A stretch of 64,000 nt of DNA from the NCBI GenBank assembly GCA_009839485.1, contig VXPQ01000053.1, forward strand, positions 12,060 to 76,059. The letters are read 5' to 3'. The notes under the pieces were generated by a model. It searched no databases and was not told where the DNA came from. It saw only the letters and a program-made list of their open reading frames with translations. This document shows positions 19,343 through 28,384 of the stretch, in pieces. Each line of letters opens with the position of its first letter. Within the stretch, counting starts at the first letter, position 1. The position numbers and the translations under genes are program-made. This DNA comes from Bacteroidetes bacterium SB0662_bin_6. GTDB taxonomy: Bacteria > Bacteroidota > Rhodothermia > Rhodothermales > VXPQ01.

Positions 19343-20113
19343 TCACGTGCTTCCTTTGTCTTTCTCTGCAGGAATTCCATGGAACAGCGAGTACACGGCG
19401 CGAAAAACATTAATCAGCACATAGCCGGTCAGCACCACAAGCAACCCGATCTGTTGCAGAAAAATAATAAGCAGGAATCCTGTTGCGTACAATGCGGTCT
19501 TGCGCGGGTGGCCGAGAATGTACGCGCGGGTCGGTCTTGGCAGCGTATCGAATTTCACCGTGGAAATCATCAGTATCGACAAACCGATTGACAAAGGAAT
19601 GAAAACCGACAAGCCCCCCGGACTGAACCGGTGAAACCAACCCGCCTCGTCAAAATTGAGAATGAATGCCACAATAACCGCAGCCATCGCGGGGGTGGGC
19701 AATCCCATGAAATAATCCCGCTTCACGCCATCGAACCGCACATTGAACCGGGCAAGACGTACGGCCCCGCATATCGTCGGGAGAGACGAAACAATCAGAC
19801 CAACCGCCCCATATTCCTGCAACCCGAATACATAGATCAGCACGGATGGGGCCACGCCGAACGACACAATATCGGAGAGTGAGTCCAGTTCGACGCCGAA
19901 AAGGCTCGTGCTGTCCGTAAGGCGCGCCATCATACCGTCCAGCGCATCGAATAGTCCTGCCAACACGATAAGCCAACAGGCATATTCAAAACGTCCCTCG
20001 ATCGTCTGGACGACGGCGAGATACCCTGAGAGAAGGTTCATCAGGGTGAAAAATGAAGGTACGGCGGTACGTGACCCTACCCTCCGCCTTTCGTCGGAAT
20101 CGTCGTTCGTCAT
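19343..20113 (-). CDS. pssA: CDP-diacylglycerol--serine O-phosphatidyltransferase
   Basis: CDP-alcohol phosphatidyltransferase motif DALDGMMAR...GVELDSLSDIVSFG. ATGA overlap with the psd stop. Confidence 0.9.
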   Translation of the reverse strand: MTNDDSDERRRVGSRTAVPSFFTLMNLLSGYLAVVQTIEGRFEYACWLIVLAGLFDALDGMMARLTDSTSLFGVELDSLSDIVSFGVAPSVLIYVFGLQEYGAVGLIVSSLPTICGAVRLARFNVRFDGVKRDYFMGLPTPAMAAVIVAFILNFDEAGWFHRFSPGGLSVFIPLSIGLSILMISTVKFDTLPRPTRAYILGHPRKTALYATGFLLIIFLQQIGLLVVLTGYVLINVFRAVYSLFHGIPAEKDKGST

Positions 20114-20781
20114 GGCTCATGCCCCGGAGTAGGGAACTGTCCAAGGATCGTTTCCCCCGCACGCACACGATCTCCCACGGATACCCGCAACGTCACATCC
20201 TGCGGCAGGAACACATCCATCCGTGACCCGAACTTTATGATGCCGAAACGCTGTCCTGCTTCGACCTGATCTTCGCTTGCCACATAATACACGATGCGGC
20301 GCGCCACGGAACCGGCAATCTGCCTGAAAAGCACTCGCGCTCCGGATGGATGCCGTATTCCGATTTCCGAACGCTCATTTTTTTCGCTTGCTTCGGGGCG
20401 CCATGCGACCAGATATTTGCCGGGTATGTATCTCACATGCTCAACCATCCCGTCCACCGGGATGCGGTTTACGTGCACATCGAACAGGGAAAGGAAAATA
20501 GATACTTTTTGAGCCACGCTCCCGAGGTACAGGGGCTCGGAAACCGCATTATCCACGATCACCACCCTGCCGTCCGCCGGCGCCAGCACGAGTTGATCGG
20601 AAAGGGGTGGAGGCGTGCGGGCAGGGTCGCGAAAAAAGAACAGCACCCCAGCGGTGATGCACACCGCAACAACCAGACACAGTATACCCCACCACGCGGA
20701 TACAAGCAGAACGATGCCGGAAAGCGCCGCGGCAAGCACGAGCACGATACCTATGATAACGTATCCTTCACGTGCAACCAC
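20110..20781 (-). CDS. psd: phosphatidylserine decarboxylase proenzyme (short form)
   Basis: FLSLFDVHVNRIPVDG and the self-cleavage region FGSRMDVFLP. GTG start. Confidence 0.88.
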   Translation of the reverse strand: MVAREGYVIIGIVLVLAAALSGIVLLVSAWWGILCLVVAVCITAGVLFFFRDPARTPPPLSDQLVLAPADGRVVIVDNAVSEPLYLGSVAQKVSIFLSLFDVHVNRIPVDGMVEHVRYIPGKYLVAWRPEASEKNERSEIGIRHPSGARVLFRQIAGSVARRIVYYVASEDQVEAGQRFGIIKFGSRMDVFLPQDVTLRVSVGDRVRAGETILGQFPTPGHEP

Positions 20782-20791
20782 TCCAGGCCCC

Positions 20792-23620
20792 CTATCGACT
20801 CAAATACAGATTCCGCATTTCGTACGGACGCTGGAAGTGCTCGTCGCTCAGTGCGTCCACAAACGCAATCGCTTCGCCCGTAGATTTCATCTCAGGGCCC
20901 AGTTCCTTTGGCACCTCGGGAAATTTGTCCCACGAAAACACGGGTTCCTTGATCGCATATCCCTCAAGGTTCGAGGTGAGCCGCCCCTCCTTCCGAAAAT
21001 CGGCAAGCTTCTGGCCCAGCATCACTTTCGTGGCGATATCCGACACAGGCACCCCTGTCGCCTTGGCGACAAACGGCACGGTCCGCGACGCTCTCGGATT
21101 CGCCTCAATACAATAAACGATCCCGTCCTTGACTGCAAACTGCACATTCATGACCCCTATAATATCCAGTCGTTCGGCAATGTCGCACACGTACCTACGC
21201 ACGGTCTGTAAAATTTCCTCTGACAGGGAAAACGGAGGCAACACCGCCGTCGAATCTCCACTATGCACCCCCGCCGGCTCGATATGCTGCATGATACCTG
21301 CAATCCACGTCTCCTCCCCGTCACGCACCGCATCCACATCCATTTCGATAGCGTTCTCTAAAAACAGATCAAGCAGCACATGATTGTCCGGAAACAGCGT
21401 CCAGATTTTTTTCGTGTAGTGCTGCACCTCTTCCTTGTTGATTGCGATGCGCATTCCCTGGCCGCCGAGCACATAACTCGGACGAATCAGAATAGGATAG
21501 CCGATATGCTCGGCGGTGGCGACAGCCTCCTGTACGGTCACTGCCATGCCATAGGGCGGAAACGGTATTTCCAGTTCCTTGAGAACCTCCGAGAACTTAC
21601 CCCGGCTCTCCGCCAGATCCATCATTTCGTATGACGTGCCAAAAATCCGAATGCCGTGCCGGTGTAACTTCTCCGCAATTTTCAGAGCCGTCTGTCCACC
21701 CAACTGCACGATGACCCCTTCCGGCTGTTCGTGCTCGATGATATCCAGAACCCGCTCCCAATACACCGGCTCGAAATACAACTTGTCCGCAATGTCGAAA
21801 TCCGTCGAGACCGTTTCCGGGTTACAGTTGATCATAATGGCCTCGTATCCGCTGTCCCGCGTAGCGTTTACGCCATGTACGCAGGAGTAATCGAACTCAA
21901 TGCCCTGACCGATACGGTTCGGCCCGCTCCCCAGAATGATCACTTTCTTGCGGTCGGACACCTTGCTTTCCGTGCCCTGTTCGTACGAAGAATAGAAATA
22001 GGGCGTCTCCGCCGGGAATTCTCCCGCACAGGTATCCACCACCTGAAACGACGGGATCACACCGAGCGCTTTTCTGTGTTCCCGAACCTGCATCTCGCTC
22101 GCCTCTCCATTCAGCAGGTATGCAATCTGAATGTCGGAAAAGCCATACTGCTTCACCCGTTTCATGAACTCGGCGTCTATCTCCTGCAAGGTCCGCTCCG
22201 CGATCGCCTCCTCCAATCGCACAATGTCCCGAATCTGGTACAGAAACCACGGATCGACCTTCGAAACATCCGCAATTTCATCTACGGATGCCCCCAGTTT
22301 GAAGGCATTCCGAATCTGGAGTGTCCGGTCCCATAGGGGTTTGGCCAGACGCTCGCGCACCTCCGCAGGAGAAGCATCCTCTCGATCACCGCCAAGGCCA
22401 TTGTAGTCAATCTCCAGACCCTGCCAGGCTTTTTGCAGGCTCTCAGGAAACGTCCGGCCGATGGCCATCACTTCACCCACTGCCTTCATCTGGGTAGTGA
22501 GTTCTTCATCCACGCCCTCGAACTTGTCAAAATTGAAGCGCGGAATCTTGGTCACCACATAATCTATGGCCGGCTCGAAACAGGCGCTTGTAGTACCAGT
22601 CACTTCGTTCGGCAACTCATCCAGGGTATATCCTATAGCCAACCGGGCCGCCACCTTCGCGATCGGGTACCCCGTTGCTTTCGAAGCGAGCGCCGACGAG
22701 CGCGATACGCGCGGATTGATCTCTATGACAATCATGCGCCGGCCGGCCGGATCGAATGCAAACTGGATATTGCACCCCCCCGCAAAGGTGCCGATGGAAC
22801 GCATGGCGCGAATCGCCGCATCCCGCATCCACTGGTACTGCTTGTCGGTGAGCGTCTGCGCCGGCGCCACGGTTACGGAATCTCCGGTATGCACGCCCAT
22901 CGGATCCACATTCTCGATGGGGCACACGATAATGACGTTGTCGTTGGCGTCCCGAAGAAGTTCGAGCTCGTATTCCTTCCAGCCGAACAGACATTCCTCG
23001 ATCAGCACCTCGTGAACCGGGGACATCTCCAGCCCCCGCATCACCTTGCGATCGAATTCCTCGTGCGTCCATACAATCCCGCCTCCGGACCCGCCCAGTG
23101 TATACGACGGCCGGATCACCACGGGAAGCTCTCCGATCTCCTGGGCGATCTCCTTCGCCTCCAGTAGACTCTTCGCCACACGGCTACGCGCCTGATCGAT
23201 CCCTATGTGCTCCATCAGATCGCGAAACGCCTGCCGATCTTCCGTGATACGTATGGCGTCGATATCCACGCCGATAACGTCTATGTTGTGTGCTTCCCAG
23301 AACCCCTCATCCTGAAGTGTACCGGCAAGATTCAGCGCGGTCTGCCCACCCATGGTCGGCAGCACCGCATCCGGCTTCTCGACTTCAACAATTTCCCGGA
23401 TCGAAGCCGGGATCAGATCCTTCAGGTAAATTTTGTCCGCAGTGAGTCTATCGGTCATAATGGTGGCCGGATTGGAATTGATCAGCACCACCTCATATCC
23501 CTCCTTGCGGAGCGCCCGTGCAGCCTGGGTACCCGAATAGTCGAACTCACATGCCTGACCGATCACGATAGGTCCGCTCCCGATCAGCAGAATCCGGTGA
23601 ATGTCCTCACGTTTGGGCAT
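20792..23620 (-). CDS. carB: carbamoyl-phosphate synthase large subunit (942 aa, no C-terminal MGS-like allosteric domain)
   Basis: MPKREDIHRILLIGSGPIVIGQACEFDYSGTQA and duplicated ATP-grasp halves. The protein ends about 20 aa after PEMKSTGEAIAF. Confidence 0.95.
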   Translation of the reverse strand: MPKREDIHRILLIGSGPIVIGQACEFDYSGTQAARALRKEGYEVVLINSNPATIMTDRLTADKIYLKDLIPASIREIVEVEKPDAVLPTMGGQTALNLAGTLQDEGFWEAHNIDVIGVDIDAIRITEDRQAFRDLMEHIGIDQARSRVAKSLLEAKEIAQEIGELPVVIRPSYTLGGSGGGIVWTHEEFDRKVMRGLEMSPVHEVLIEECLFGWKEYELELLRDANDNVIIVCPIENVDPMGVHTGDSVTVAPAQTLTDKQYQWMRDAAIRAMRSIGTFAGGCNIQFAFDPAGRRMIVIEINPRVSRSSALASKATGYPIAKVAARLAIGYTLDELPNEVTGTTSACFEPAIDYVVTKIPRFNFDKFEGVDEELTTQMKAVGEVMAIGRTFPESLQKAWQGLEIDYNGLGGDREDASPAEVRERLAKPLWDRTLQIRNAFKLGASVDEIADVSKVDPWFLYQIRDIVRLEEAIAERTLQEIDAEFMKRVKQYGFSDIQIAYLLNGEASEMQVREHRKALGVIPSFQVVDTCAGEFPAETPYFYSSYEQGTESKVSDRKKVIILGSGPNRIGQGIEFDYSCVHGVNATRDSGYEAIMINCNPETVSTDFDIADKLYFEPVYWERVLDIIEHEQPEGVIVQLGGQTALKIAEKLHRHGIRIFGTSYEMMDLAESRGKFSEVLKELEIPFPPYGMAVTVQEAVATAEHIGYPILIRPSYVLGGQGMRIAINKEEVQHYTKKIWTLFPDNHVLLDLFLENAIEMDVDAVRDGEETWIAGIMQHIEPAGVHSGDSTAVLPPFSLSEEILQTVRRYVCDIAERLDIIGVMNVQFAVKDGIVYCIEANPRASRTVPFVAKATGVPVSDIATKVMLGQKLADFRKEGRLTSNLEGYAIKEPVFSWDKFPEVPKELGPEMKSTGEAIAFVDALSDEHFQRPYEMRNLYLSR

Positions 23621-23665
23621 AGATTCCCAACAAAATGATTTTTCTTGCCATTGTGTGCGCTTTGC

Positions 23666-24808
23666 TCATGCCGTCGCCTTCTCCGTGGTCCGTACCGACA
23701 CGGACCGGCGCATTTCCACTTCCTTCAGAAACAGATCGAACAAATAATGACTGTCGTGCGGTCCGGGGGACGCCTCGGGGTGATACTGCACTGAAAATGC
23801 CGCATGCTTCCTGAAACGCAGCCCCTCCACCGTCCGGTCGTTCAAGTTCCGGTGCGTAATGTCGGCGACCTTCGCAGGAATGGAATCTTCCAGTACAGCA
23901 AACCCGTGATTTTGCGTCGTAACCTCCACATGACCGGTGTCGAGATTCTTTACCGGCTGATTGGCGCCCCGGTGTCCAACGAACATCTTGTAGACCTCAC
24001 ACCCGGAAGCAAGCGCCATAAGTTGATGGCCCAAACATATCCCGAAGAGAGGGATGTCCGTGCGGAACGCTTTGCGGACCGTGGCGATCGCATCGGGCAT
24101 AGCGCGCGGGTCCCCAGGGCCGTTCGAAAAAAAGAGGCCGTCCGGCTCCCAGGCAAGCACTTGTTTGAGCGATGTGGAAGCGGGAAAGAGACGAACCGCA
24201 CAGCCATGCGCCTCGAACGACCGAAGAATATTGCGTTTCACTCCATAGTCGAATACCGCAATACGCGCACCATCTCCTCCGCACCAATCCGCGGCAGCTT
24301 CTACTGTGACCCGCGAAGCCAGTTCAAGACCGTCCATGGAAGGCCAGTTTCGCGCTTTCTCAATCAACCGCTCGTCATCAAGGTCAACAGAAGAAACCAC
24401 GGCGTTCATAACCCCCTGCGCCCGGATATGACGAACGAGACGGCGCGTATCCACGCCGCTGATGCCCACCAGTTGATGCCGCTTCATAAAACGATCCAGC
24501 GACTCGTCGGCCTGCAGATTGGAATACTGCTCGGCAAATTGGCGCACTACGAACCCTGCAACCATCGGCACGTCCGCCTCCATGTCGATATCCATGGCTC
24601 CGTAGTTCCCGATGTGCGGATAGGTCATCATCATGATCTGCCCATGATAGGACGGATCCGTCATGATTTCCTGATACCCCGTCATGCTCGTATTGAAGCA
24701 GAGCTCGCCACCCGTTTCGCCCTGGTGGCCAATGGCGTATCCGTTCACGACAATCCCGTCCGCCAAAGCCAACTTGCACGGAGAGCCATTCGTCGGCGCT
24801 TGTTTCAT
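23666..24808 (-). CDS. carA: carbamoyl-phosphate synthase small (glutaminase) subunit
   Basis: FNTSMTGYQEIMTDPSY, GICLGHQLMA (Cys nucleophile) and VQYHPEASPGPHD. ATG 24808 chosen over the TTG at 24829. Confidence 0.93.
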   Translation of the reverse strand: MKQAPTNGSPCKLALADGIVVNGYAIGHQGETGGELCFNTSMTGYQEIMTDPSYHGQIMMMTYPHIGNYGAMDIDMEADVPMVAGFVVRQFAEQYSNLQADESLDRFMKRHQLVGISGVDTRRLVRHIRAQGVMNAVVSSVDLDDERLIEKARNWPSMDGLELASRVTVEAAADWCGGDGARIAVFDYGVKRNILRSFEAHGCAVRLFPASTSLKQVLAWEPDGLFFSNGPGDPRAMPDAIATVRKAFRTDIPLFGICLGHQLMALASGCEVYKMFVGHRGANQPVKNLDTGHVEVTTQNHGFAVLEDSIPAKVADITHRNLNDRTVEGLRFRKHAAFSVQYHPEASPGPHDSHYLFDLFLKEVEMRRSVSVRTTEKATA

Positions 24809-25006
24809 AATCAGGTTAAGAACGATCAAAAATGCATCCTTTTAAATTAGGCATCTTTACGTCCGGTCTCAACACCTTCACGGGCATTTTGAAGACAAAG
24901 ATGTATTAGCGCATTATCCGGGGTACAGAGCCCTGCAGCGGCCTCTGCTGTGAACCCTTGCATACAAGACGGGTTGAAACAGAAACTCTGTGCCGGCAGC
25001 CCATCG

Positions 25007-25684
25007 ATGCCGCGTTCCGACCCGCACCATATCGCGAACCACCGCACCCGTTTTCTGGCGTGCCTTGCAACGACACTTGTCGTGCTCACCATCGCTGTTC
25101 GCTTCTGGCCCGTGCAGGTGACTTCGCCCGACGAGCGCGCGGTTTACCGTGCAGGCGAAACAGAACGCATCCACATCGAGGACATCCAGCCCACGAAACA
25201 CGCCGCATCCGCCCCCGCCCCGCCCGCACCGCTGGTGCCGATTCTGGTTCCGGACGATGAGTATCTCGCAGAAGACGAGCTGGATCTTGCCGACGGTTTA
25301 CTCCCTCTCGACGCATCCGAAGCGCCCGCAACCGATGCCGGAGAACAGGTTCGGCCTTCCGCCGGCGTCACGGCGGGGCCGCGCACCGTACGGTTTGTAT
25401 ATCCCGAGAATACGCAGGAAGCCAAGCGGAGGCGAGTACGCGCAAAGCTGGTGGTGCAGGTGCTCGTGAATGTCAGAGGCCAGGTCGAGGAGGCCACAGT
25501 CACCGAACGATTTTTGCTCGACGAAAACGGACTGGTCAAAGAACCGGTCGACCTCCTTGGGCACGGCCTTGAAGAAGCCGCTCTTTCCGCGGCAGCCCAA
25601 TGGATGTTCCGACCGGCTCGCAAGGACGGCAAAGCGATCGCAAGCCGCACCACACTAACGTTTACGTTCGGCGTCGACAGTTAA
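25007..25684 (+). CDS. TonB-family energy transducer
   Basis: N-terminal TM anchor (FLACLATTLVVLTIAV), a Pro-rich linker (PAPPAPLVPILVP) and a TonB C-terminal domain (AKLVVQVLVNVRGQVEEATV...WMFRPARKDGKAI). Confidence 0.7.
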   Translation: MPRSDPHHIANHRTRFLACLATTLVVLTIAVRFWPVQVTSPDERAVYRAGETERIHIEDIQPTKHAASAPAPPAPLVPILVPDDEYLAEDELDLADGLLPLDASEAPATDAGEQVRPSAGVTAGPRTVRFVYPENTQEAKRRRVRAKLVVQVLVNVRGQVEEATVTERFLLDENGLVKEPVDLLGHGLEEAALSAAAQWMFRPARKDGKAIASRTTLTFTFGVDS

Positions 25685-25736
25685 CCGCGCAAGACAAATC
25701 CCGGTTATAACCCGAGAATAGCGGGATCGCCCCCTT

Positions 25737-25815
25737 TAAGGATACTCTGACCAAAACCACTTCGCTCAGCGCTTTGCGGACTTAGGGCCTGTTAACACTA
25801 CACAGAGTATCCTTA
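25737..25815. repeat. 79-bp element with perfect 13-bp terminal inverted repeats (TAAGGATACTCTG ... CAGAGTATCCTTA)
   Basis: The arms are at 25737-25749 and 25803-25815. The 53-bp interior contains the 19-mer TTAGGGCCTGTTAACACTA. The element lies between two convergent genes, and the right arm supplies the TAA stop of the small ORF. Confidence 0.7.
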
Positions 25816-26004
25816 CATATCCACGTACCTGGCGTCCTCCACATCTTCGTCCGTGCGGGAGGTCTCTTCCGGCCGGGGACCGGACCATCCTCCTTTCTCC
25901 TGTTGCTGTGGGGCCGCGATGCGCACAATCGCTCGCAACAACGCCCTTAAGATCCTGAAGATCATGTACACCAGTACACAAAAGGCGAGGATTTTAAGGA
26001 GCAT
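25813..26004 (-). CDS. small membrane protein (63 aa, DUF4834-like)
   Basis: MLLKILAFCVLVYMIFRILRALLRAIV (one TM helix) followed by an acidic tail. The ATG at 26004 is 3 nt from the folK stop, so co-transcription is likely. Confidence 0.45.
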   Translation of the reverse strand: MLLKILAFCVLVYMIFRILRALLRAIVRIAAPQQQEKGGWSGPRPEETSRTDEDVEDARYVDM

Positions 26005-26006
26005 GG

Positions 26007-26588
26007 TCAAGACATTACGTTTGGAACCTCGAACGGCAAACGGACAAGTTGCCCCTTATCCGGACAATTCGCAAGCAACTCCCCGACACGGGCATTGAAT
26101 GGCGCAGGCACATACAGATCAGGAGCCAAATCGTACAGGGGCCGCAGTACGAATCGCCGGACAGCAAGCCTGGGATGAGGTACGGAAAGACCGTTCCCGG
26201 ACAAGCACAGCCTGTCGAATACGAGCAAATCTATATCAAGCGTTCGGGAAGCCCACGCGGATGAACGGAGTAAAGGATCGGTCGCGCTGGGGGTACCGTT
26301 GATCGTTTCCGTACGGCGGCGACCTCTTGCCCGCTCAATCCGAAGCGCAAGCGCAAGCAATGTCCGGGCGTCCAGGCGGGTCCGAACCGCCACCACGAGA
26401 TTCAGATAGGGCGGCTGCCACGCACTGCCGGGCAATACATGCGCCTCGGATTCGTAGACCGGAGACACGTCCGCCACCTGGACGTCTTCCGCACTGTGCA
26501 ACCGCTCCACTGCAAAGCGGATATGATCGAACCGTTCACCGAGATTCGAGCCAAGAGCAAGAAACGCCCGATGTTCCTTCCGCGCCAA
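26007..26588 (-). CDS. folK: 2-amino-4-hydroxy-6-hydroxymethyldihydropteridine diphosphokinase
   Basis: AFLALGSNLG, SPVYESEA, PYLNLVVAVRT, RTLDIDLLVF and PHPRLAVRRFVLRPL. Apparent TTG start. Confidence 0.88.
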   Translation of the reverse strand: MARKEHRAFLALGSNLGERFDHIRFAVERLHSAEDVQVADVSPVYESEAHVLPGSAWQPPYLNLVVAVRTRLDARTLLALALRIERARGRRRTETINGTPSATDPLLRSSAWASRTLDIDLLVFDRLCLSGNGLSVPHPRLAVRRFVLRPLYDLAPDLYVPAPFNARVGELLANCPDKGQLVRLPFEVPNVMS

Positions 26589-26593
26589 CCGAT

Positions 26594-27376
26594 TCAGAAA
26601 TTCGTGTCAGGCTCGTCGAAACTCATCCCCTGCATCCAGATATTCCGGTAGCGAACATCGTGTCCTTCCGCCTGGAGTTTTACACCTCCCGGTCCATCGG
26701 TGATGCCGTTGCCGCCATCATTACCCCCATCCAGCGCAGAGCAAGGACCGCCCCACACCTTGTTGATGGGCACATTCTCATGCACCTTCTCCCCATTGAA
26801 ATACATGGTGACCATCGCTTTCTCGCTACGATCGCCGTTCTCGTCGAAGCGAGCGCCACGAAACTGGATGTCGTATGCATTCCATTTCTGCAGGCCGTTG
26901 AACAACTCGTACGGAGCTTCCTTCTCGTTGATCACGGAAGCCATGCCATGCAACCCGTCCTCTCCTTCAACAACCTGGATCTCATACCGGTTGTCAAGAT
27001 AGACCCCGCTGTTGCCCCGACTACGCGGAATCAGAAACTCAACATGCAGCCGGAAATCACGAGGCTTCTTCTTTGTCACGATGTCCGCCTGGCCATAGGT
27101 GCTTGAATAAGGCTCCTTGCTGGACATGGCCGTGCCCCTGCCTCCGTCAAAATGATTCGGAACGACATTCCATTTGATGGGCATCGAAGAGGCAAAACAA
27201 GGTCCTTCCCAATATTCCCAGTTTTCGTCAAGCGATGCACGCGTCCCGTCGAAAAGCACATCGGCGCCTTCCGGGGCTTCCGCACCCACACCGACTTGCG
27301 CCGTGGCGCTTGCAACTGTGCCGAATGTAAAAACAACAGCTGCGAGCATCGGCAGCAAAAAGTTTGAACGACTCAT
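26594..27376 (-). CDS. DUF1080 (3-keto-disaccharide hydrolase-like) secreted protein
   Basis: Signal peptide MSRSNFLLPMLAAVVFTFGTVASATAQ. DFRLHVEFLIPRSRGNSGVYLDNRYEIQVVE is the DUF1080 signature region. Confidence 0.8.
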   Translation of the reverse strand: MSRSNFLLPMLAAVVFTFGTVASATAQVGVGAEAPEGADVLFDGTRASLDENWEYWEGPCFASSMPIKWNVVPNHFDGGRGTAMSSKEPYSSTYGQADIVTKKKPRDFRLHVEFLIPRSRGNSGVYLDNRYEIQVVEGEDGLHGMASVINEKEAPYELFNGLQKWNAYDIQFRGARFDENGDRSEKAMVTMYFNGEKVHENVPINKVWGGPCSALDGGNDGGNGITDGPGGVKLQAEGHDVRYRNIWMQGMSFDEPDTNF

Positions 27377-27537
27377 GTTCAGATACCGTTGATGAAGTAA
27401 GAGTGGGGGTAAACACAGACACACTGCACCTTTGCACAAAGATGAAGTGCGCAAAGCCTTCTAAGGATACGACAAAAATTCATGAGATACCGGAGCGCGA
27501 TAAACTTATGTCGTGCAACCCGGAAACCATTCCCTTG

Positions 27538-27624
27538 CGGAGGGGGAGGGATTCGAACCCCCGGCGCCCCAAAGGGCGCAACGGTTTTCGAGACCGCCCC
27601 GTTCGACCACTCCGGCACCCCTCC
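27538..27624 (-). tRNA. tRNA-Ser (anticodon CGA), long variable arm, CCA not encoded
   Basis: The reverse complement reads GGAGGGGTGCCGGAGTGGTCGAACGGGGCGGTCTCGAAAACCGTTGCGCCCTTTGGGGCGCCGGGGGTTCGAATCCCTCCCCCTCCG. Acceptor GGAGGGG pairs with CCCCTCC, the anticodon loop is CTCGAAA, and the T-loop is TTCGAAT. Confidence 0.9.
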
Positions 27625-27799
27625 GTTACCCGATACAGACCGGAAGATGATCCGGCAACCCTGATTTCAGGCGGAGCAATCAACAAGTGATGGGGACATC
27701 TGTTCCTGGCAGGGGCGCGTTGGAAATGCAATACGGTTCACCGCTACGCTCGCCCCGCCTGGCCTGACAGAAAAACAGGCCCCGCAGAGCGCCGATGCA

Positions 27800-27818
27800 T
27801 AGTGTTAACAGGCCCTAA
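27800..27818. repeat. inverted copy of the 19-mer TTAGGGCCTGTTAACACTA
   Basis: TAGTGTTAACAGGCCCTAA at 27800-27818 is the exact reverse complement of 25782-25800. It overlaps the TAG stop of the LTXXQ gene. Confidence 0.7.
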
Positions 27819-28348
27819 TTCTCCGGAGATTTTTCATACCGATCGGAACCGCCCTTGGAGCGCTCCGAATACGCCCCCTTGCGCCCATGATTCATCGAAG
27901 AAGAATCTTTGCGGCCATGACCTATCGAAGAAGAATCCTTGCGACCACGATGCATCGAGGAAGAATCCCTGCGCCCACGGTCCTTCCTGTAATGCCGCAT
28001 CCGCTCCATGCGTTCATTCAACGCATCGATCTGCTCTTCCGTAAGGAGGCTATCCAGCGAGGCGCGAAAAGATTCCATAATCTCCTCCACCGTCTCCCGG
28101 CTTTCCGCATGATGCACATCCAACCTCTCAGCCGTCTGCTCCAGCACGTCCCGAATGGCGTTGCGCTGGGCGTCGTTCGTCGGTTCGATCATCTTGTCCA
28201 TAAACTTCACAAACCCTGCCTGGGAACGTAAGGAAGTGAGCCGCTCAATACGGTTTTCCACCATCAGCGTATGGACAAATACGCCGAGCAACATGCCGAT
28301 AAGCAGCGTACTCAGCAGCAATAAGGTCGATTTCGTACGAGCAGTCAT
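27815..28348 (-). CDS. periplasmic Spy/CpxP-like (LTXXQ-motif) stress protein with repeated basic/Ser-rich tail
   Basis: N-terminal TM/signal segment (STLLLLSTLLIGMLLGVFV), a helical region with LLTEEQIDAL, and a C-terminal RGRRDSSSMHRGRKDSSSIGHGRKDSSSMNHGRKG. Third gene of the ECF sigma operon. Confidence 0.7.
   Translation of the reverse strand: MTARTKSTLLLLSTLLIGMLLGVFVHTLMVENRIERLTSLRSQAGFVKFMDKMIEPTNDAQRNAIRDVLEQTAERLDVHHAESRETVEEIMESFRASLDSLLTEEQIDALNERMERMRHYRKDRGRRDSSSMHRGRKDSSSIGHGRKDSSSMNHGRKGAYSERSKGGSDRYEKSPEN
27885..27974. repeat. 3 x 30-bp tandem repeat inside the LTXXQ gene
   Basis: The units are ccatgattcatcgaagaagaatctttgcgg, ccatgacctatcgaagaagaatccttgcga and ccacgatgcatcgaggaagaatccctgcgc. 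They encode the GR(K/R)DSSS decapeptide repeats. Confidence 0.85.
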
Positions 28349-28384
28349 GACTTTCCAGTAGCGCCTGGAATCAGGAATGGTTCG

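Noticed and set aside
27364-27731. ORFs of 79-108 aa overlapping 27538-27624, and ORFs 35133..35486 overlapping 35302-35377.
   Set aside because: They are translations of the tRNA-Ser and tRNA-Gly genes and their flanks.
25685-27818. A possible integrated element at tRNA-Ser, bounded by the 19-bp repeats.
   Set aside because: The repeats are inverted rather than direct and do not derive from the tRNA 3' end. The interval holds housekeeping folK and no integrase, transposase or phage genes. It is kept only as a low-priority repeat observation.
27885-27974. Regular 30-bp tandem repeats, considered as a possible mini CRISPR array.
   Set aside because: The units are directly adjacent with no spacers. 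They lie in frame inside a CDS and encode a repeated decapeptide, so this is a coding tandem repeat. No cas genes are present in the window.
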